This document shows, piece by piece, positions 52,001 through 61,500 of a stretch of 64,000 bases of DNA. Position 1 is the first letter of the stretch; every line of letters starts with the position of its first letter. The stretch covers positions 21,088,001 to 21,152,000 of the forward strand of contig CP086569.2 of the NCBI GenBank assembly GCA_009914755.4, given 5' to 3'. The position numbers and the translations under genes were made by a program. Source of the stretch: the human T2T-CHM13v2.0 reference genome, Homo sapiens. The notes beneath the pieces are model-generated. The model did no database searches, was not told the DNA's origin, and was given only the letters and a program-made list of their open reading frames with translations.

Positions 52001-55000
52001 ATGAAGCTGCAGACCTTACTGTTCAGTTTTAAAGCACTTAAATGTGTTATGTCCAGAGTTTGTTCCTTCAGATGTGTCTAAAGTTTCTTCCTTCTGGCAG
52101 GTTCACGGTCTTGCCCACTTCAAGAATGAAGCTGCAGACCTTACTGGTGAGTGTTACAGCACTTTAAGTTGTTATGTCCAGAGTTTTTTCCTTCAGATGT
52201 GTCCAGAGTTTCTTCCTACTGGCAGTTTAATGGTCTTGGTCACTTCAAGAATGAAGGTGCACACCTCAGTGGTGCCTGTTACAGCACTTAAAAGTGTTAT
52301 GTCCAGCGTTTGATCCTTCAGATGTGTCCAGAGTTTCTTCCTTCCGGGAGGTTCGTGGTCTTGCTCACTTCAAGAATGAAGCTGCAGACCTTAGTGGTGA
52401 GTGTTAAAGCACTTAAAGGTGTTATGTCCGGAGTTTTTTCCTTCAGATGTGTCCAGAGTTTCTTCCTTCTGGGAGGTTCATGGTCTTGCTCACTTCAATA
52501 ATGAAGCTGCAGACCTTACTGTTGAGTGTTACAGCACTTAAAGGTGTTATGTAAAGAGTTTGTTCCTTCAGATGTGTCCAGAGTTTCTTCTTTCTGGCAG
52601 GTTCATGGTCTTGCTCACTTCAAGAATGAAGCTGCAGACCTTACTGGTGTGTGTTACAGCACTAAAGGTGTTATGTCCAGAGTTTGTTCCTTCAGATGTG
52701 TGCAGAGTTTCTTCCTTCTGACAGATTCATGGTCTTGCTCACTTCAAGAATGAAGCTGCAGACCTTACTGGTGAGTGTTACAGCACTTAAAGGTGTTATG
52801 TCCAGAGTTTGTTCCTTCAGTTGTTTCCAGAGTTTCTTCCTTCTGACAAGTTCGTGGTCTTGCTCACTACCTTAATGAAGCTGCAGACCTTACTGTTGAG
52901 TGTTACAGCACTTAAAGCTGTTATGTCCAGTGTTTGTTCCTTCAGATGTGTCCAGGGTTTCTGTCTTCTGGCAGGTTCATGGTCTTGCTCATTTCAAGAA
53001 TGAACCTGCAGACCTTACTGGTGAGTGTTACAGCACTTAAAGGTGTTATGTCCAGAGTTTGTTCCTTCAGATGTGTCCAGGGTTTCTGTCTTCTGGCAGG
53101 TACATGGTCTTGCTCTCTTCAAGAATGAAGCTGCCGAACTTAGTGGTGAGTGTTACAGCACTTAAAGGTCTTATGTCCAGAGTGTGTTCCTTCAGATGTG
53201 TCCAGACTTTCTTCCTTCTGGCAGGTTCATCGTGTTGCTCACTTCAACAATGAAGCTGCAGACCTTAGTGTTGAGTGTTACAGCACTTAAAGCTGTTATG
53301 TCCAGAGTTTGTTCCTTCAGAAGTGTCCAGAATGTCTTCCTTCTTGCAGGTTCGTGGTCTTGCACACTTCCTTAATGAAGCTGCAGACCTTACTGGTGAG
53401 TGTTACAGCACTTAAAGGTCTTAAGTCCAGAGTATGTTCCTTCAGATGTGTCCAGTGTTCCTTCCTTCTGGCAGGTTCATGGTCTTGCTCACTTCAAGAA
53501 TGAAGCTGCAGACCTTACTGGTGAGTGTTACAGCACTTAAAGGTGTTATGTCCAGAGTTTGTTCCTTCAAAGTTTTCCAGAGTTTCTTCCTTCTGACAGG
53601 TTCGTGGTCTTGCTCACTTCTTTAATGAAGCTGCAGACCTTACTGGTGAGAGTTACAGCACTTAAAGGTGTTATGTCCAGTGTTTGTTCCTTCAGATGTG
53701 TCCAGGGTTTCTGTCTTCTGGCAGGTTCATGGTCTTGCTCACTTCAAGAATGAACCTGCAGACCTTAGTCGTGAGTGTTACAGCACTTAAAGGTGTTATG
53801 TTCAGAGTTTTTTCCTTCAGATGTGTCCGGCGTTTCTTCCTTCTGGCAGGTTCATCGTCTTGCTCACTTCAAGAATGAAGCTGCAGACCTTACCTGTGAG
53901 GGTTACAGCACTTAAAGGTGTTATGTCCAGAGTTTGTTCCTTCAGATGTGTCCAGAGTTTCTTCCTTCTGGCAGGTTCATGGTGTTGCTCACTTCAAGAA
54001 TGAAGCTGCAGACCCTAGTGTTGAGTGTTACAGCACTTAAAGGTGTTATGTCCAGAGTTTTTTCCTTCAGATGTCTCCAGAGTTTCTTCCTTCTGGAAGG
54101 TTCGTGGTCTTGTTCACTTCAAGAATGATGCTGCAGACCTTAGTGGTGAGTGTTACAGCACTAAAAGGTGTTATGTCCAGAGTTTCTTCCTGCAGAAATA
54201 TCCAGAGTTTCTTCCTTCTGGCAGGTTTATGGTCTTGCTCACTTTAAGAATGAAGCTGCAGACCTTACTGGTGAGTGTTACAGCAGTTAAAGTTGTTATG
54301 TCCAGAGTTTGTTCCTTCAGATGTGTCCAGAGTTTCTTCCTTTTGGCAGGTTCAGGGTCTTGCTCACTTCAAGAATGAAGCTGCAGACCTTAGTGGTGAG
54401 TGTTACAGCTCTTAAAGCTGTTATGTCCAGAGTTTTTTCCTTCAGATGTGTCCAGAGTTTCTTCCTTCTGGCAGGTTCGTGGTCTTCCTCACTTCCTTAA
54501 TGAAGCTGCAGACCATACTGGTGAGTGTTACAACACTTAAAGCTGTTATGTCCAGAGATTTTTGCTTTACATATGTCCAGAGTTTCTTCCTTCTGACAGT
54601 TTCATGGTCTTGCTCACTTTATGAATGAAGCTGCAGACCTTACTGGTGAGTGTTACAGCACTTAAAGGTGTTATTTCCAGAGTTTGTTCCTTCAGATATG
54701 TCCAGAGTTTCTTCCTTCTGGCAGGTTCCTGGTCTTGCTCACTTCAAGAATGAAGCTGCAGACCTTTGCGGTGAGTGTTACAACACCTAAAGGTGTTATA
54801 TCCAGAGTTTCTTCCTTCAGATGTGTCCAGAGTTTCTTCCTTCTGTCAGGTTCACGGTCTTGCTCACTTCAAGAATGAAGCTGCAGACCTTACTGTTTAG
54901 TGTAACAGCACTTAAAGGTGTTATTTCCAGAGTTTGTTCCTTCAGATGTGTCCAGAGTTTCTTCCTTCTGGCAGGTTCATGTTATTGCTCCCTTCCCGAA

Positions 55001-55570
55001 TGAAGCTGCAGACCTTACTGTTGAGTGTTAAAGCACTGAACGGTGATATGTCCAGAGTTTGTTCCTTCAGATCTGTCCAGAGTTTCTTCTTCTTGCAGAT
55101 TCATGGTGTTGCTCACTTGAAGAATGAAGCTGCAGACCTTTGTGATGAGTGTTACAGCACTTTAAGATGTTATGTCCAGAGTTTTTTCCTTCAGATGTGT
55201 CCAGAATTTCTTCCTTCTGGCAGGTTCATGGTCTTGCTCACTTCACTAATGAAGCTGCAGACCTTACTAGTGAGTGTTACAGCACTTAAAGGTGTTATGT
55301 ACAGAGTTTGTTAATTCAGATGTGTCCAGAGTTTCTGTCTTCCGGCAGGTTCATGGTCTTGCTCACTTCAAGAGCGAAGCTGCAGACCTTAGTGGTGAGT
55401 GTTACAGCACTTAAAGGTGTTATCTCCAGAGTTTTTTCCTACACATGTGTCCAGCGTTTCTTCCTTCTGGCAGGTTCATGGTCTTGCACACTTCAAGATT
55501 GAAGCTGCAGACCTTACTGTTGAGTTTTAAAGCACTTAAAGGTTTTATGTCCAGAGATTGTTCCTTCAGA
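49063..55570 (+). repeat. Block 49063-~50150 is repeated at 54446-~55570 (offset ~5383). The intervening blocks are ordered differently, so the HOR is a mosaic.
   Basis: ORF pairs 49063/54446, 49313/54684, 49438/54821 and 49563/54934. The 50154/54025 anchor lies after the first copy but before the second. Confidence 0.65.
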
Positions 55571-58500
55571 TGTGTCTAGAGTTTCTTCCTTCTGGCAGGT
55601 TCACGGTCTTGCTCACTTCAAGAATGAAGCTGCAGACCTTACTGGTGAGTGTTACAGCACATTAAGGTGTTATGTCCAGAGTTTTTTCCTTCAGATGTGT
55701 CCAGAGATTCTTCCTACTGGCAGGATCATGGTCTTGTTCACTTCAAGAATGAAGCTGCAGACCTTACTGGTGAGGGTTACAGCACTTAAAGGTGTTATGT
55801 CCAGAGTTTGTTCCTTCAGATGTGTCCAGAGTTTCTTCCTTCTCGCAGGTTCGTGGTCTTCTTCACTTCCTTAATTAAGCTGCAGACCATACTGGTGAGT
55901 GTTACAGCACTTACAGCTGTTATGTCCAGATATTTTTGCTTTAGATATGTCCAGAGTTTCTTCCTTCTGACAGTTTCATTGTCTTGCTCACTTCAAGAAT
56001 GAAGCTGCAGACCTTACTGGTGAGTGTTACAGCACTTAAAGGTGTTATTTCCAGAGTTTGTTCCTTCAGATGTGTCCAGAGTTTCTTCCTTCTGGCAGGT
56101 TCATGGTCTTGTTCACTTCACTAATGAAGCTGCAGACCTTACTAGTGAGTGTTACAGCACTTAAAGGTGTTATGTCCAGAGTTTTTTCCTTCAGATGTGT
56201 CGAGAGTTTCTGTCTTTTGGCAGGTTCATGTTCTTGCTCACTTCAAGAACGAAGCTGCAGACCTTAGTGGTGAGTGTTACAGCACTTAAAGGTGTTATGT
56301 CCAGAATTATTTCCTTCAGATGTGTCCAGAGTTTCTCCCGTCTGGCAGGTTCATGGTCTTGCTCACTTCAAGTATGAAGCTGCACACCTTAGTGTTGAGT
56401 GTTACAGCACTTAAAGATGTTATGTCCAGAGTTTGTTCCTTCAGAAGTGTCCAGAGTTTCTTCCTTCTTGCAGGTTCGTGGTCTTGCTCACTTCCTTAAT
56501 GAAGCTGCAGATCTTACTGGTGATTGTTACAGCACTTAAAGGTGTTATGTCCTGAGTTTTTTCCTTCAGATGTGTCCAGTGTTTCTTCCTTCTGGCAGGT
56601 TCATAGTCTTGCTCACTTCAAGAATGAAGCTGCAGACTATTTTGGTGAGTGTTACAGCAGTTAAAGATGTTATGTCCAGAATTTGTTCCTTCAGATGTGT
56701 CCAGAGTTTCTTCCTTCTGGCAGGTTCATAGTCTTGCTCACTTCAAGAATGAAGCTGCAGACCTTACTGGTGAGTGTTACGGCACTTAAAGGTGTTATGT
56801 CCAGAGTTTGGTCCTTCAGATGCGTCCACAGTTTCTTTCTTCTTGCAGGTTCATTGTCTTGCTCATTTCAAGAATGAAGCTGCAGACCTTAGTGGTGAGT
56901 GTTACAGCATTTAAAGGTGTTATGTCCAGGGTTTGTTCATTCAGATGTGTCCAGAGTGCCTTCCTTCTGGCAGGTTCATGCTCTTGCTCACTTCACTAAT
57001 GAAGCTGCAGACCTTACTGGTGAGTGTTACAGCACTTAAAGGTGTTATGTCCAGAGTTTGTTCCTTCAGATGTGCCCAGGGTTTCTGTCTTCTGGCAGGT
57101 TTATGGTCTTGCTCACTTCAAGAATGAAGCCCCTGACCTTAGTGGTGAGTGTTACATCACTTAATGGTGTTATGTCCAGAGTTTTTTCCTTCAGATGTCT
57201 AGCATTTCTTCCTTCTGGCAGGTTCATGGTGTTGCTCAATTCAAGAATGAAGCTGCAGACATTACTGTTGAGTGTTAAGGCACTTAAAGGTGTTATGTAC
57301 AGAGTTTGTTCCTTCAGATATGTCCAGAGTTTCTTCCTTCTGGCAGGTTCATGGTGTTCCTCACTTCAAGAATGAAGCTGCAGACCTTAGTGTTGAGTGT
57401 TACAGCAGTTAAAGGTGCTATGTCCAGAGATTTTTCCTTCAGATATCTCCAGAGTTTCTTCCTTCTGGCAGGTTCGTGGTCTTGTTCACTTCAAGAATGA
57501 TGCTGCAGACCTTAGTGGTGAGTGTTACAGCACTGAAAGGTGTTATGTCCAGAGTTTGTTCCTTCAGAGGTATCCAGAGTTTCTTCCTTCTAGCAGGTTT
57601 ATGGTTTTGCTCACTTTAAGAATGAAGCTGCAGACCTTACTGGTGAGTGTTACATAGCTTAAAGTTGTTATGTCCAGAGTTTGTTCCTTCAGATGTGTCC
57701 AGAGTTTCTTCCTTCTGGCAGGTTCATGGTCTTGCTCACTTCAAGAATGAAGCTGCAGACCTTAGTGTTGAGTGTTACAGCACTTAAAGGTGTTATGTCC
57801 AGAGTTTGTTCCTTCAGATGTGTCCAGAGTTTCTTCCTTCTGGCATGTTCATGGTCTTTCTCACTTCAAGAATGAAGCTGCAGATCGTACTGGTGAGTGT
57901 TACAGCACTTAAAGGTGTTATGTCCGGAGTTTGTTTCTGCAGATGTGTCCAGATTTTCTTCCTTCTGGCAGGTTAATGCTCTTTCTCACTTCAACAATGA
58001 AGCTGCAGACCTTAGTGGTGAGTGTTACAGCAGTTAAAGGTGTTATGTCCAGAGTTTGTTCCTTCAGATGTGTCAAGTGTTTCTTCCTTCAGGCAGGTTC
58101 GTGGTCTTGCTCACTTCCTTAATGAAGCTGCAGACCTTACTGTTGAGTGTTACAGCACTTAAAGGTGTTATGTCCAGAGTTTGGTCCTTCAGATGTGTCC
58201 AGAGTTACTTCCTTCTGGCAGGTTCATGGTCTTGCTCACTTCAAGAATGAAGCTGCAGACCCTTGCGGTGAGTGTTGCAGCACTTAAAGTGTTATGTCCA
58301 GAGTTTGTTCCTTCAGATGTGTCCAGAGTTTCTTCCTTCTGGCAGGTTCACGGTCTTGCTCACTTCAAGATTGAAGCTGCAGACCATACTGGTGAGTGTT
58401 ACTGCACTTTAAGTTGTTATGTCCAGAGTTTGTTCCCTCAGATGTGTCCAGAGTTCCTTCTTTCTGGCAGGTTCATGATCTTGCTCACTTCAAGAATGAA

Positions 58501-61500
58501 GCTGCAGACCTTTGCGGTGAGTGTTACAACACCTAAAGGTGTTATATCCAGAGTTTGTTCCTTCAGATGTGTCCAGAGTTTCTTCCTTCTGGCAGGTTCA
58601 CGGTCTTGCTCACTTCAGGAATGAAGCTGTAGACCTTAGTGGTGAGTGTTACAGCACTTAAATGTGTTATGTCCAGAGTTTGTTCCTTCAGATGTGTCCA
58701 GAGTTTCTTCCTTCTGGCAGGTTCGTGGTCTTGCTCACTTCCTTAATGAAGCTGCAGACCTTACTGGTGAGTGTTACAGCACTTAAAGTTGTTATGTCCA
58801 GAGTTTTTTCTTCAGATGTGTCCAGAGTTTCTTCCTTCTGTCAGTTTCGTGGTCTTCCTCACTTCAAGAATGAAGCTGCAGACCTTACTGGTGAGTGTTA
58901 CAGCACTTAAAGGTGTTATGTCCAGAGTTTGTTCCTTCAGATGTGTCCAGAGTGTCTTCCTTCTGGAAGGTTCATGGTCTTGCTCACTTCACTAATGAAG
59001 CTGCAGACCTTACTGGTGAGTTTTACAGCACTTAAAGGTGTTATGTCCAGAGTTTTTCCTTAAGATGTGTCCAGCGTTTCTTCCTTCTTGCAGGTTCATG
59101 GTCTTGCTCACTTCAAGAATGAAGCTGCAGACTTTACTGTTGAGTGTTAAAGCACTTAAAGGTGTTATATCCAGAGTTTGTTCCTTCAGAAGTGTCCAGA
59201 GTTTCTTCCTTCTGGCAGGTTCATGGTCTTGCTCACTTCAAGAATGAATCTGCAGACTTTTGTGGTGAGTGTTACAGCAGTTAAAGATGTTATGTCCAGA
59301 ATTTCTTCCTTCAGATGTGTCCAGAGTTTCTTCCTTCTGGCAGGTTCATGGTCTTGCTCACTTCAAGAATGAAGCTGCAGACCTTACTGGTGAGTGTTAC
59401 AGCACTTAAAGCTGTTATGTCCAGAGTTTGTTCCTTCAGATGTGTCCAGAGTTTCTTCCTTCTGGCAGGTTCGTGGTCTTCCTCACTTCAAGAATGAAGC
59501 TGCAGACCTTTCTGGTGAGTGTTACAGCACTTAAAGGTGTTATGTCCAGAGTTTGTTCCTTCAGATGTGTCCATTGTGTCTTCCTTCTGGCAGGTTCATG
59601 GTCTTGCTCACTTCACTAATTAAGTTGCAGACCTTACTGGTGAGTGTTACAGGACTTAAAGGTGTTATGTCCAGAGTTTTTTCCTTCAGATGTGTCCAGG
59701 GTTTCTGTCTTCTGGCAGGTTCATGGTCTTGCTCACTTCAAGAATGAAGCTGCCGACATTAGTGGTGAGTGTTACAGCACTTCAAGTTGTTATGTCCAGA
59801 GTTTTTTCCTTCAGATGTGTGCAGCGTTTCTTCCTTCTGGCAGGTTCATGATCTTGCTCGCTTCAAGAATGAAGCTACAGACCTTACTGTTGAGTGTTAA
59901 AGCACTTAAAGGTGTTATATGCTGAGTTTGTTCCTTCAGATGTGTCCAGAGTTTCTTCCTTCTGGCAGGTTCATGGTGTTACTCACTTCAACAATGAAGC
60001 TGCAGACCTTAGTGTTGAGTGTTACAGCACTTAAAGGTGTTATATCCCGAGTTTGTTCCTTCAGATGTGTCTAGAGTTTCTTCCTTCTGACAGCTTCACG
60101 GTCTTGCTCACTTCAAGAATGAAGCTGCAGACCTTACGGGTGAGTGTTACAGCATTTTAAGGTGTGATGTCCAGAGCTTTTTCCTTCAGATGTGTCCAGA
60201 GTTTCTTCCTACTGGCAGGTTCATGGTCTTGGTCACTTCAAGAATGAAGGTGCAGACCTTACTGGTGCGTGTTACAGCACTTAAAAGTGTTATGTCCAGA
60301 GTTTGTTCCTTCAGATGTGTCCAGAGTTTCTTCCTTCCGGCAGGTTCATGGTCTTGCTCACTTCAAGAATGAAGCTGCAGACCTTAGTGGTGAGTGTTAA
60401 AGCACTTAAAGGTGTTATGTCCGGAGTTTGTTCCTTCAGATGTGTCCAGAGTTTCTTCCTTCTGGGAGGTTCAGGGTCTTGCTCACTTCAATAATGAAGC
60501 TGCAGACCTTAATGGGGAGTGTTACACACTTAAAGGTGTTTTGTCCATAGTTTGTTCCTTCAGATGTGTCCAGAGTTTCTTCCTTCTAGCAGGTTCATTG
60601 TCTTGCTCATTTCAAGAATTAAGCCGCAGACCTTACTGGTGAGTGTTACAGCACTTAAAGCTGTTATGTGCAGAGTTTTTTCCTCCAGATGTTTCCAGAG
60701 TTTCTTCCTTCTGGCAGGTTCGTGGTCTTGCTCACTTCTTTAATGAAGCTGCGGACCTTACTGGTGAGTGCTACAGCACTTAAAGGTGTTATGTCCAGAG
60801 TTTCTTTCTTCAGATGTGTCAAGAGTTTCTTCCTTCTGGCAGTTTCGTGGTCTTCCTCACTTCTAGAATGTAGCTGCAGACCTTACTGGTGAGTTTTACA
60901 GCTCTTTAAGGTGTTATGTCCAGAGTTTTTTCCTTCAGATCTGTCCGGAGTTTTTTCCTACTGGTAGGTTCATGGTCTTGGTCACGTCAAGAATGAAGCT
61001 GCAGACCTTACTGTTGAGTTTTAAAGCACTTAAAGGTGTTAGGTCCAGAGTTTGTTCCTTCAGATGTGTCCAGAGTTTCTTCCTTCTGGCAGGTTCATGG
61101 TCTTGCTCACTTCAAGAATGAAGCTGCAGACCTTAGTGGTGAGTGTTACAGCAATTAAAGGTGGTATGTCCAGAGTTTTTTCCTTCAGATGTGTCCAGAG
61201 TGTCTTCCTTCTGGCAGGTTCATGGTCTTGCTCACTTCACTAATGAAGCTGCAGACCTTACTGGTGAGTGCTACAGCACTTAAAGGTGTTATGTCCAGAG
61301 TTTGTTCCTTCAGATGTGTCCAGGGTTTCTGTCTTCTGGCAGGTTCATGGTCTTGCTCACTTCAAGAATGAAGCTGCCGACCTTAATGGTGAGTGTTACA
61401 GCAGTTAAAGCTGATATGTCCAGAGTTTTTTCCTTCAGATGTGTCCAGAGTTTCTTCCTTCTGGCAGCTTCATGGTGTTGCTCACTTCAAGAATGAAGCT